Shown here piece after piece: positions 28,127-37,325 of a DNA stretch of 64,000 nt (position 1 is the first letter of the stretch; every line of letters starts with the position of its first letter). Made by a program: the position numbers and the translations under genes. Below the pieces are notes generated by a model. The model had not been told where the DNA came from. It searched no databases and saw only the letters and a list, made by a program, of their open reading frames with translations. Location of the stretch: positions 1 through 64,000 of IMG/VR virus record IMGVR_UViG_637000224_000001; one strand, given 5' to 3'. Source of the DNA: a virus. Taxonomy: Duplodnaviria; Caudoviricetes.

Positions 28127-29215
28127 TCAATCTAATTTGGCTCGTTCGAATGCCAGCGGCTCAAGCCTTTTCATCTGCTCCAGCGTCAGCGGCTTGAAGT
28201 TACGGTCTAGCTGGAGCTCCGCGAAGCGCTCTAGTGTTAGCCCGCCATCGCGGAATAGCCTGCCACGAGTCGGGCCAAGCGCCTGATCCTGAAACGCCGA
28301 AGGTTGGAGCTTCAGCCAATCGTAATAGCTCAGATCGGCCGCCACCTGGCCTCCGCCGTTCGGCCCCACCGAGGCGCGGGTAGCATCCTTGCTGAGGAAC
28401 TTGGTCCATTTGGTCACAGGCACGAAGGTCGTCCGGCACCTGATATGAAACGGTGGTCGCGGCCCAGAATCGACTGGAAAGCGGCGCTTATCCATCGACC
28501 TACAGGTCTGGGTGGTCTTGCTATCGAGGGTCGCGACGATCTCAATCTCAGCGACAACATCAGGATTGGCCTTGATCGTCTCCATCCGGGCCTGCGATGC
28601 CACATGCTGCACAGCCGTGTGCACTACTGCACTGGCATTGCGCTTGGTCGTCGCCAGTATCCCGTCGCTGTACCCCGCAGCCTTGGTGCCGCGAATCTTG
28701 AGGATGACCTGAAAGTTCGTCTGCCCTTCAAAGAATCCTTGCCTGATTGCACCACTGACGCGCTCGCGCTCGGTAGTTGCCCAATCCTTGATGAATGGCT
28801 CCAGCAGCTTGCCGCCGCCGTTGTCGCGCACGCTGAGCGGGTTGTTGAGCACCGCCGAGCGGATCGCGCGTGCTGGCGGGACCAATGCATCAAAGGTAAC
28901 ACCGACAGGCGCGGACCGGGATAGCACCGTTGCTTCGAACTGAGCCTCGTAGTTGGCCAGGTCGATCAGATCAAGATTCAGCGTCGTGGTATAGCGGTCG
29001 AAGATGCCGAGCAGAAGGCTGTCGACCTCGTCGAGCAGCTGGTTCAGCCGCTTGATGTTGTACTCACTCAGGTCGGCATTGGTGAGCTGCTCGCGCACCG
29101 CCCGGTCGATCTCTTTGAGGAAAGGAGCGAATTTCTCGACCTCACCAGCCTTCAGTTGCTCCAGGAACACCGAGTGCCGAATCGTGGCATCAAGTACCGC
29201 TTGGTTGACGGCCAT
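28127..29215 (-). CDS. Head morphogenesis protein (SPP1 gp7/Mu F-like)
   Basis: ATLDSKTTQTC, PPFHIRCRT. Confidence 0.9.
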   Translation of the reverse strand: MAVNQAVLDATIRHSVFLEQLKAGEVEKFAPFLKEIDRAVREQLTNADLSEYNIKRLNQLLDEVDSLLLGIFDRYTTTLNLDLIDLANYEAQFEATVLSRSAPVGVTFDALVPPARAIRSAVLNNPLSVRDNGGGKLLEPFIKDWATTERERVSGAIRQGFFEGQTNFQVILKIRGTKAAGYSDGILATTKRNASAVVHTAVQHVASQARMETIKANPDVVAEIEIVATLDSKTTQTCRSMDKRRFPVDSGPRPPFHIRCRTTFVPVTKWTKFLSKDATRASVGPNGGGQVAADLSYYDWLKLQPSAFQDQALGPTRGRLFRDGGLTLERFAELQLDRNFKPLTLEQMKRLEPLAFERAKLD

Positions 29216-30611
29216 CGTTTAAGTCCTCGTCATCATCCAGGCCGAGGTTGTCGGTCTGTTCCTGAAGCTCTCCGTCTATCTGCTTGTCGGTTCGCTCCGG
29301 TGCGATCAGTCCCAACTTGCGCAGGTATCCGCGCAGATCGGCCTTAGCGAAGCCACCGCTCTGCCATAGCTGCACAAGCGCGGTGATCATCTGAGGGTCA
29401 GCACTGAGCTCGACGAACTCTTGATTCACCAGATAAGCCGTCTTGCCGGTGACTCCCAGGAACTGAGCGCACCAACCCAGCGCCCGGGTGTAGGCCTCGT
29501 TCACGTTGGATACGCAGATTGCGAGCACCGACGTGGACGCCGACTGGTCGCCTCTCGACTCGGTAGCTGTTTTGGCCGTTATGGACGACACAACCATGCG
29601 CGCGCCCAGCTCGATCATCATCTGGTTCTTGTCGGCCATCGCCTCTTTCACCAGCGTATTGGGCTGGGGTTGAGCAAAGGCGAAGGTTTCGCCAGCCGGC
29701 ACAGGGATCGGCGCCCGGGAGCCTACGTAAACGCCTTCTTTGCGGGCCATCTCAAGCCATTGGTCATCCACGCCGCTGATCCAAGGCTGAGCCTGGCCAC
29801 ACCAGAACACGCTGTCTTCGTAGTCCGCGCTGTTCCGGTAATGCCCGAGGTTGATCATCGCGATGTCGTAAAGCGGCGACTCGTCAATGCTTGGGTCGTT
29901 GTTCTGGGCGCCGATGAACGTGAAAGGGATCTCCTTGATACGTCCGCCCTTCCCCTTTGGCATGTACTCCTCAACCACCTCAAGAGGGCCACCGCCGCGC
30001 GGGCCTTTACGACGCCAGACGCGACAGACGTACAGTCCAGCCTCGTCCAGGGCCAGCTCGCGAAACTGCTCCGTGCACTTCAGCCCAAACCCATCTGGCT
30101 CTTCGTTCATCTCACGCAGGACGACCATGATCAGGACGTTGTGGCCGTCCACCATGCCGGTGCGCCAGTTGATGACGTCTTCAGCCGTGTAAGTGAGGAT
30201 GACCGAATGCCCGCCGATACCGCTGTCTTCGTGAAAGTCCACGAAAAGACCATGACGACCGGCCTCCAAGACCTTCTCAAGGGAGCCCTGCGACTGCTGA
30301 TAGATGCTCACGCCTGCGCCGTTGGCATTGTCCTGCAGGTACTCAAGGTTCTTGGGAACCGTCAGCGTGGGGTCTTTGTGGAACGCCAAACCAATCAGCC
30401 CGTTTCGGGTGTGGCCGGTGGCGTTCTTGAACACCGCGCGCTCGCGGTACGCATTGTTGCGCTCGACGTTCTCTTCTGACTTGTCGTGCCGGTTGATGTA
30501 AGGCAGGCGGTCAACAACACGGTGCTGGCCAGCACAGACGTCGCGCACAGTCAGCCAGCGATCCAACGCCTCGATGTATTCGGGCCGTTTGAAGGAAACG
30601 TCGTTGTTCAT
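29190..30611 (-). CDS. Portal protein (DUF4055-type)
   Basis: 473 aa after terL; YRERAVFKN, NLGHYRNSADY. Confidence 0.88.
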   Translation of the reverse strand: MNNDVSFKRPEYIEALDRWLTVRDVCAGQHRVVDRLPYINRHDKSEENVERNNAYRERAVFKNATGHTRNGLIGLAFHKDPTLTVPKNLEYLQDNANGAGVSIYQQSQGSLEKVLEAGRHGLFVDFHEDSGIGGHSVILTYTAEDVINWRTGMVDGHNVLIMVVLREMNEEPDGFGLKCTEQFRELALDEAGLYVCRVWRRKGPRGGGPLEVVEEYMPKGKGGRIKEIPFTFIGAQNNDPSIDESPLYDIAMINLGHYRNSADYEDSVFWCGQAQPWISGVDDQWLEMARKEGVYVGSRAPIPVPAGETFAFAQPQPNTLVKEAMADKNQMMIELGARMVVSSITAKTATESRGDQSASTSVLAICVSNVNEAYTRALGWCAQFLGVTGKTAYLVNQEFVELSADPQMITALVQLWQSGGFAKADLRGYLRKLGLIAPERTDKQIDGELQEQTDNLGLDDDEDLNDGRQPSGT

Positions 30612-31909
30612 CGGGCGTATCCCAGGTTTAGAGAGGTGACCGGTTTTATGATCGGGTACTCGCGATGGATGAAATAACCGCCGCCATCGTTCGCGTGGTC
30701 GTTGCCTTGTGATTTGTCGGGTTCGCCATTGGCCGCCCAGACCTGCTGCTCAAGGCCATCGGCATATGTCGGGCAGGTGAAAGGGTTGACCAGGTATCGG
30801 CGCTCGCCCTGCGCGTTGCAAAACATCGCGTTCATGGCGTTGATTCGATCCTTCACCGGAGGGTTGGCCGCAGGTGCGATCACTGTGAAACCGGCCTGTT
30901 TGAGCATGGCGATATCCGTGACGCTGGCATTGACTGACTTACGCGAGTCACCGGAGGCGTCTGGGTAAACCCTGATTTCGCAGGACTTGATGTATTTATC
31001 GCCATCGTGGCGCCAGTAGCGTTCCTTGATGCGCCGGATCATGTCGGGCGTGTCGTAGCCGTCCATGAACTCGTCCACGGCTCGGGGAAGGCCCTTGTCA
31101 CGCTTCACATGCGTGATCGCTGCCATCTTGCCGACGTTGAAGTCCATGCCGATGAACAGAGGCTCACCGGCCTGCACCGTGTCGAAACACTGGTTCAGCT
31201 TGCGGTCATACGCGTGGTAGATCGACCCAGACGTCAGGTTGACGAATTGGCCGTTCAGGTACGCCCTGATCAATTGCTCGGGGTATGACTCCATCAGCGA
31301 CGGGATGTAGTCGTCCGGCAGGTTCAGCTCGTTGTCGAAGGTGCTGGCCTGGATGAGCCCATACATCTCTTTGAGCGCCGGCTTGTCACGCAGCTGCTTC
31401 ACGAACTGCAGGAAGACGAACTTGAAGCCTTCCGGTGTCGTGGTGACGTCCACGCCGTTCTTCAGCCCGGGCAGGTTGTAACGCATTCGCGCGATGATCT
31501 TGCGCCAGGCCTGCTGCGCCTTGATTGAGGTCAGAACGTCCAGCTCATCGACGAGGGCGTGTCCGACCTTGAAGCCGACAATGGTCTGTGGCTTCTCCAT
31601 CGAGCGACAGATCACGGTGCCGCGATACTGTCGACCGCTGTAGATGTGAACCTCATGGTTCGCCTGATTGATCTTTGTCTTCAGGCCCCACTCGTAGGCC
31701 ACCTCTTCCATCGTTGGATAAAAGATGTCCCTGATCTGCGGGTAAGTCGGTGCAAAGTAACCAGCGTTGACGCCAGGCCACTCCATGAAGTGCTTGCTCA
31801 GCGCCGAGCAGCCGACCCACGTCTTACCGGAGCCGAACCCGGCAACGAATGCACGAAACTTGTGGGGCAGCAGCAGGAACTTCGATTGCGGAACGTTAAG
31901 GCTCGGCAT
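30608..31909 (-). CDS. Terminase large subunit
   Basis: Walker A AGFGSGKT, Walker B LVDELD, IGMDFNV, DHANDG. Confidence 0.93.
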   Translation of the reverse strand: MPSLNVPQSKFLLLPHKFRAFVAGFGSGKTWVGCSALSKHFMEWPGVNAGYFAPTYPQIRDIFYPTMEEVAYEWGLKTKINQANHEVHIYSGRQYRGTVICRSMEKPQTIVGFKVGHALVDELDVLTSIKAQQAWRKIIARMRYNLPGLKNGVDVTTTPEGFKFVFLQFVKQLRDKPALKEMYGLIQASTFDNELNLPDDYIPSLMESYPEQLIRAYLNGQFVNLTSGSIYHAYDRKLNQCFDTVQAGEPLFIGMDFNVGKMAAITHVKRDKGLPRAVDEFMDGYDTPDMIRRIKERYWRHDGDKYIKSCEIRVYPDASGDSRKSVNASVTDIAMLKQAGFTVIAPAANPPVKDRINAMNAMFCNAQGERRYLVNPFTCPTYADGLEQQVWAANGEPDKSQGNDHANDGGGYFIHREYPIIKPVTSLNLGYAR

Positions 31910-32357
31910 CAGGCTTCCTCGCGTCCACTACATCGACCTGGATGCGAGTCGGAATTGCTGGCTCGTCTCCCGCCTCATCCTTGCGGTGGCGGTTGACGTA
32001 CATATCGCCTGATTCTTTGGCAGCCTGTTCCAGCACCTGAAGGGCCAGCGCCAGGTTGCGCATGCCCTCTGCCTTCTCAACGATCCTGCCGAGGGCACGC
32101 AGACGATAGGCCCGGTTGGCGATCGGAATCTCTGCCGTGTCTTCTCGGAAACGCTTGCGTGTGTCGTGAAACAGTGTCACCCATCTGGCCGCAAGGGTTG
32201 CCCCAGCACGTTTGGTTGGGTCGTGCGACTCACACTGTTGGCGGGATATCTCAATGCTGAATTCTTGCTTGACCTGCTCTACGACTTGCGAGGGAGTGTC
32301 GAAGCAAGCCAACGCCTGAACGATGAAGCTCTTCACCTCATGCTTCAGGGCTGCCAT
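31896..32357 (-). CDS. Terminase small subunit (DUF2280-type)
   Basis: IVQALACFDTPSQV, IPIANRAYRL, LEQAAKE. Confidence 0.88.
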   Translation of the reverse strand: MAALKHEVKSFIVQALACFDTPSQVVEQVKQEFSIEISRQQCESHDPTKRAGATLAARWVTLFHDTRKRFREDTAEIPIANRAYRLRALGRIVEKAEGMRNLALALQVLEQAAKESGDMYVNRHRKDEAGDEPAIPTRIQVDVVDARKPDAEP

Positions 32358-32388
32358 AGGTTGGATTCCGTCTAATGCCTGTCAAATT

Positions 32389-33012
32389 TCAGGCCGACTT
32401 GAGCAGACAGGTTCCGCAGGCCCTCGATATATTCAATTTACCTACCTCAGCAGGCTTGTTTGCAGCGTCGACCAGCAGCTGGACGTCTGGGCTTGCCCCA
32501 TAGCGACGCACCACACCAACGAACTCCTCGACGTCGTGGCCGCGCATCTCAAGCTTCGGTAATCCGTCTTGCGTGAACTTGGGTGCGCCGTACTGATCGG
32601 TTGCCTGGGCGATGTGGTAGAGCTCATGCTCAACCAGTGCGCAGAAGTCTGCATCGCTGCACTGTGAGCAGTAATCGGCGGCCAAGGTGATGATGTAGCT
32701 CGGTACGTAGCCGAACCAGTCACGCATCTGCTGTTCCATGCGGGCCTTCTGCCAACCGCCTGCGCGGAAGGCGACGTGCTCAGCCTGCCCCAGCACTGTG
32801 CGACCCTGTTTTGTGAATGCAGATGAGGCCCACATGATGCAGATGTCGGCATCGATCAGATGGGCGTGGTCTTCATTGTGAATGCTGCCGGTGTCGGCAA
32901 TGATCTCGTTTTGAATCCATCCCCATACCTCCTTGGCTGGCACCAGGCGCATGAAGACGTCTGCCTCGTCAGACAGCTTGAGCGACTCAACTGGGGGCGC
33001 TGGCCTGTTCAT
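32389..33012 (-). CDS. Putative phage metallopeptidase
   Basis: LVEHELYH (HExxH), GHDVEEF. Confidence 0.8.
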   Translation of the reverse strand: MNRPAPPVESLKLSDEADVFMRLVPAKEVWGWIQNEIIADTGSIHNEDHAHLIDADICIMWASSAFTKQGRTVLGQAEHVAFRAGGWQKARMEQQMRDWFGYVPSYIITLAADYCSQCSDADFCALVEHELYHIAQATDQYGAPKFTQDGLPKLEMRGHDVEEFVGVVRRYGASPDVQLLVDAANKPAEVGKLNISRACGTCLLKSA

Positions 33013-33052
33013 GCTGCCTCCCAGTAGAGTTGCTTAATCATTGACTAACCTG

Positions 33053-33562
33053 TCAGGTAGTGGGTGTTGCTGTGGGAGCGTAACCAGGGTCTTTAGCGAT
33101 AGCGTAGAGAGCGGATAACGCTATCGTCGTCAAACCGTTTTTTTGCTTCTGGGGAGAGCGATCATGCAAGCTTAGAATCTGAACTTCGCGATCGTCCGAA
33201 AGCACCTGCCCATCCTGGCTAACCAAGACCGCCCAGACCGGGCGATAAATTGCTGCGCCATTATCGATGATAACGAGTTTCTCAAATATGTAGCGAGCTT
33301 GTATTTTTCCTTCGGCCAATCGTACCGCGATTACAGCTCTCGCTTTGCCGAACGGTGAGTCAATGTCAGCACCAAGACCATCCTTGCTGAGAGTGAGCTT
33401 CAGTCCCCAGGTATCTTGGGGATAGGATTCTTCCAGGTATTCGCTCAGCATAGCGTTAAACTGATCGGCATATTTCCTAACACCCGCAGCCTCACTATTC
33501 GCGTATCTAACCTGATCGAATTCGCTTTCCAATATTTGTGAAAAAATCATAGCCACCTCCAT
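33053..33562 (-). CDS. Moron, hypothetical protein
   Basis: 169 aa, lower GC, GGAGGT RBS region. Confidence 0.6.
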   Translation of the reverse strand: MEVAMIFSQILESEFDQVRYANSEAAGVRKYADQFNAMLSEYLEESYPQDTWGLKLTLSKDGLGADIDSPFGKARAVIAVRLAEGKIQARYIFEKLVIIDNGAAIYRPVWAVLVSQDGQVLSDDREVQILSLHDRSPQKQKNGLTTIALSALYAIAKDPGYAPTATPTT

Positions 33563-33597
33563 TTGATGAAGGCTGAGTATGCGTTTAACAAAACCTC

Positions 33598-34047
33598 CTA
33601 GGTAGTGGTCTTTTCGCCAGTATTTAAAATGACCAGCAGTCTGACCTGGCCGCCGGTTCCTGTGTCCCGTTTTAGAGCCATCTCGACAGCTTCACCGGCA
33701 GTCGCCCCCATATCCATAGCTGTTAGCGCATGATCTGCACCACTGCCAATGGCATACGTGCCTTTGCAGTCAACCGGGCACTTCCAGAATCCAGAATCGG
33801 TATCAGCGCCTATGTACCAAAGCCTTTCGCTATCGAACACAATCGCAGCCGCTTCAAGGTTGCGCGTCACGGAAGCTCCGAACCATGCGCTCTGCAAATC
33901 CTCGAAATCTAAGGTCTTACCGCTCATCACGAACTTGACACCCTTAACCTCATGACATTTTTCGTAATCGTCATAGGTGATCGTGTTTCCGGTGGTGATC
34001 TGCGAGTCATAGGCGATCACGCCGTCTTTGTAGGCGATGGTCGTCAT
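33598..34047 (-). CDS. HslV/proteasome-beta-like Ntn hydrolase
   Basis: M-T-T-I N-terminal Thr, DSQIT, YEK, AIGSG, RDTGTGG. Confidence 0.8.
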   Translation of the reverse strand: MTTIAYKDGVIAYDSQITTGNTITYDDYEKCHEVKGVKFVMSGKTLDFEDLQSAWFGASVTRNLEAAAIVFDSERLWYIGADTDSGFWKCPVDCKGTYAIGSGADHALTAMDMGATAGEAVEMALKRDTGTGGQVRLLVILNTGEKTTT

Positions 34048-34177
34048 GCGTTACTCCGCTGTGCAGCAATACCAGATCGACGGGGCATAGGCAGGGTGAC
34101 CGCCTGACCGGACCGCAAGGGTTGAAAGACAAAATAAGATTGTTTATAAGATTGGATCCAAATACGAGGATCTACCT

Positions 34178-34447
34178 ATGAAACCAGGCTTCGAAATAGG
34201 AATTTTGAGCGTCGCCCTTCCACTGGCTTTCTGCCTCTTGTATCTAGCCGGTCGCCAATTGCGGACGTTTGCCGCTTGGGCCGACAACACTGATCGCCCC
34301 AAAGAACGAGCCAAGGCCTACCTGGTCATGCTCGCTATTTTGGGCTTCGTCGCCGGGAGCATGATGCAGCCCCTTTACGACCGAACCAGCGATTGCTCGG
34401 CAGTAGGCCAAGCTCTAATTCCATGCCTCTTCAATAGCGCACACTGA
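34178..34447 (+). CDS. Moron, two-TM membrane protein
   Basis: Two hydrophobic segments; opposite strand. Confidence 0.65.
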   Translation: MKPGFEIGILSVALPLAFCLLYLAGRQLRTFAAWADNTDRPKERAKAYLVMLAILGFVAGSMMQPLYDRTSDCSAVGQALIPCLFNSAH

Positions 34448-34520
34448 CTAGGTAGCCCGATTGGCCCCTTACTACCGATCGGGCTGTATAGCCCTGTCCA
34501 CCATCAGAGCCTGTCGACCA

Positions 34521-34751
34521 TCAGCTAAACGGGTCGGCAGGCTTGGCGATCGAACGCACAAACCACATGAAGCCCTGCTGGAGATTGGTTTTGGCCAGAG
34601 CCAGAATGCGAGGGTCAACGCCTTCAATTTGGCCGATCTGCTTGAACAGTTCGCCGGTATCGGCCTCCAATGCCTTGATCGAATTCATGCCATCGATCTC
34701 CGACTGGCTCAGGTCGCGATAGCCGGTGATTTTCTTGTGCTGGTTATCCAT
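34521..34751 (-). CDS. acb2: Acb2-like anti-CBASS cyclic-nucleotide sponge
   Basis: [26 protein letters not shown] and [24 protein letters not shown] match the N- and C-termini of Pseudomonas phage Acb2 as recalled. Confidence 0.8.
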   Translation of the reverse strand: [76 protein letters not shown]

Positions 34752-34897
34752 GATCTTTCCTCTGTCGTTCGCGCCACGAAATGGCAGTGCCTGAAGTTGT
34801 GGAGCGCTACCGTGGTGCCAGAGTTTCTACGCAGCGCTTGAAATGATGGCCGTTAGCCGGTATTAGTGGCGACTTTTAAAGCAAGGTAGCTAACGTA

Positions 34898-35347
34898 ATG
34901 CCGTTTACACGCACCCGCATCACTGCAGTATCAATCCTCGCATCTTTGGTTCTCAGCGGCTGCGCCACGCAACCTCAGGAAACGTGGACAAACCAAGGCC
35001 CTTCCAAGATCGTCACTGAAAATGGGCGATATGTCTGCTATACAGATGCGCAGATCGTTGACGGCAAACGTACGCGCTTCAATTTATGCGCGACTCCCTC
35101 GTCAGGGCTGATTAGTGCTAATGGGCCGCAGATTTGGGTAGGGGCTGGCTACCGGAGGCCATTCAAGTACCCCCTTAACGAAGCCATTAATGGAACCGTA
35201 GTGCCGCTTGAAGACGTGGATAACGTGCAGCTTAAATGCGAATCGTTGAAGAAGGTTGCTGGGGGCTCGACTCCCGAGACGTTCTGTAAGGTCACTCTTA
35301 AAGATAGAGTGCTCGTAAGCGCTCAGATAGTTTTCGAAGGAATGTAA
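34898..35347 (+). CDS. Moron lipoprotein
   Basis: Signal peptide with VLSG-C lipobox; four further Cys. Confidence 0.75.
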   Translation: MPFTRTRITAVSILASLVLSGCATQPQETWTNQGPSKIVTENGRYVCYTDAQIVDGKRTRFNLCATPSSGLISANGPQIWVGAGYRRPFKYPLNEAINGTVVPLEDVDNVQLKCESLKKVAGGSTPETFCKVTLKDRVLVSAQIVFEGM

Positions 35348-35382
35348 GGATGTCTGCGCGCCATGCTTTTTAGTTTGGCGCG

Positions 35383-35721
35383 TTAGGGCGTCTGCCGCTC
35401 TACCGCCTCGTTGACTTTATCGGCGGCCTTGCTGGCCACCTCTGCCGCTTCCGTCGCCTTGCCCGCAGCACCCTCAACCTTTACGGCTGCTTCGGTCGCG
35501 GTCTTGGCCAGCTTGTTCAGGCGCATGTCGCGCTGAATGGTGGCCTCGTCGTAACCCCGGCGTACTTCCGCGACCTGGGTGGTGTACCAGCTCGACAGTC
35601 GCCACTCGGCAACCTGAAAGCCCAGCATTGCACCACCGGCCAGCAACAGAATGGCGATCAGCCAAACCTCTACACGCCTCCACCAGTGGCGGGCGACGAA
35701 GTTGATAGCACATCTGTCCAT
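35383..35721 (-). CDS. Holin-associated membrane protein
   Basis: Single TM (VWLIAILLLAGGAMLGF); coupled to the upstream gene. Confidence 0.65.
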   Translation of the reverse strand: MDRCAINFVARHWWRRVEVWLIAILLLAGGAMLGFQVAEWRLSSWYTTQVAEVRRGYDEATIQRDMRLNKLAKTATEAAVKVEGAAGKATEAAEVASKAADKVNEAVERQTP

Positions 35722-36092
35722 CAGTTCATTCCTCCGAGCTTGGTGCGCAGACGAGCGATCTCAGCGCTTTGAGTAGTGACCTTGTCAGTGAGCTGGGCCA
35801 CCTGGCTGGTCAGGGCTTCGATCTTCCCTTCCATCCGGCCCACGGCGGCAGCCAGCTCATTGCGTTCTTTGGCGAACTGGTCCGCCCGAGACTCGGCTTC
35901 TTTGCGGGCCACGCGCTCAGAGTCGAGCAGTTCATTGAGCCGTCGGACGGTGCCGATATCGGCGTTGTCCATGGCGCGGTCGGTCGCATCCCGGGAGAGG
36001 AATTTCCTCAACCACAGGAAGCCACCCAGCAGGATTGTGCCCGTACCGCCCAGCCAGGTAGCTGTGCCTGGGCCGAGGTCGGTTGGGTCCAT
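35721..36092 (-). CDS. Putative holin (N-terminal TM + coiled coil)
   Basis: MDPTDLGPGTATWLGG..; first conserved late gene after Q. Confidence 0.6.
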   Translation of the reverse strand: MDPTDLGPGTATWLGGTGTILLGGFLWLRKFLSRDATDRAMDNADIGTVRRLNELLDSERVARKEAESRADQFAKERNELAAAVGRMEGKIEALTSQVAQLTDKVTTQSAEIARLRTKLGGMN

Positions 36093-36261
36093 CTTTACTC
36101 CGGAAATAAAAAACTCTCCAGAATGGAGAGCATCAGAAAGCACGCAGATATCTAACGCCGTGCTCCACCACCAAACATCTGTACTGTACGAGCCAGTAAT
36201 CTAGCCCAATAATATGAGGAATATCACGAAATGGTATCTAACTAAACTTTAGGGGTGAGGG

Positions 36262-36618
36262 ATGGACAACCGAAACAAATCTGGTCTTGATGACATCAAA
36301 ACCCTGTTCGATGGTGTTAAGAACTTAGCGCTTTGCGCGGCGCTTGCAGTGGGGCTAAAAGAGTTCCAAGCGCCGATGGAAAACCTCGGCATGAGCTACC
36401 AAGCCCGACAAATGATAAACACCAGCGGAATGTTGGTTGCGAGCGGTTTTACAACGCTCGCTATAGTCTGGCTGTGTTTTAGCTTTAAGGAAAAACCTGC
36501 TTGGCCGATTATGTTTAGACTCAGCCTAATTGCTCTTGGCACTGTAACTCTGATTGTGATGGCGATAATCATCGCTTCAGCGACGGAGTCTATCCCTAGC
36601 TTTTTCCTATTTTTATAA
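36262..36618 (+). CDS. Moron, multi-TM membrane protein
   Basis: AT-rich, about 3 hydrophobic segments, opposite strand, own terminator. Confidence 0.65.
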   Translation: MDNRNKSGLDDIKTLFDGVKNLALCAALAVGLKEFQAPMENLGMSYQARQMINTSGMLVASGFTTLAIVWLCFSFKEKPAWPIMFRLSLIALGTVTLIVMAIIIASATESIPSFFLFL

Positions 36619-36640
36619 AGCTCGCCATTCAATCATCCAT

Positions 36641-36669
36641 AAAAAAGCCCGACAACAAGGTCGGGCTTT
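36641..36669. terminator. Bidirectional terminator (tR'-like)
   Basis: AAAAAAGCCCGAC-AACAAG-GTCGGGCTTT. Confidence 0.75.
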
Positions 36670-36718
36670 CAGTGCTTCCTGAGCGAGTTGCCGTAGGCAA
36701 AATACTCAATATGGCAAA

Positions 36719-36747
36719 ATAATGCCCTCAGCCGCACGGGAAGTCAA
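36719..36747 (-). promoter_or_regulatory. Late promoter pR'-like
   Basis: Minus strand TTGACT-17 bp-CATTAT overlapping the Q stop, followed by a -10-like CATATT element and a terminator. Confidence 0.65.
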
Positions 36748-37325
36748 GCCGCTTCTCTAATCTCGTAAATCACCGCTCCAATTGGGCTCAAAGCCATGCG
36801 ATCCAGGTCCTCGCAGCAATCGAATGAAAGACGCACGAAGCACTCCCAATCCCGGTCCCAGTTGCACGATTCCAGCCTCACGCCGAACTCGCCCATCAGC
36901 CACGAACGGAAAGCCTCTGGCTTGATCAGAGGATCGTCATTAGCCGACTGCCCGCCCTGATGCATGTAGCGATACCGGCGCATTACGCCCTTCACCACGT
37001 ACTCCAGCTTCTCCCTCTTGCCGGCCGTCATGCGCTTCGACTTCGACATAACCATGCCAAACACAACGCCTTCTGCCGCTTCGTTGATGTCGTCGTCACG
37101 GTTAGCTGAATACATGTACTCGCCGAACACCCGTACTTGCGGGTGAAGTTTGGCGATCGCCGATTGGATGTGCCCGGCCAAGGCGCTATGCATCGCGTGG
37201 TTTGCTGTTGGCCCTCGCTCCGTGCCCTGCACCACCACGCCGAGCTGAACGACGTCAGAGGACTGGCCAGGTGCTGGAATGTAGGTGCAGTCATGCCACG
37301 CCTGACGTGCCGAGTGGATTTTCAT
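36744..37325 (-). CDS. Late antiterminator Q-like protein
   Basis: MKIHSARQAWHDC; last gene of the nin region, before the pR'/tR' arrangement. Confidence 0.7.
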   Translation of the reverse strand: MKIHSARQAWHDCTYIPAPGQSSDVVQLGVVVQGTERGPTANHAMHSALAGHIQSAIAKLHPQVRVFGEYMYSANRDDDINEAAEGVVFGMVMSKSKRMTAGKREKLEYVVKGVMRRYRYMHQGGQSANDDPLIKPEAFRSWLMGEFGVRLESCNWDRDWECFVRLSFDCCEDLDRMALSPIGAVIYEIREAA

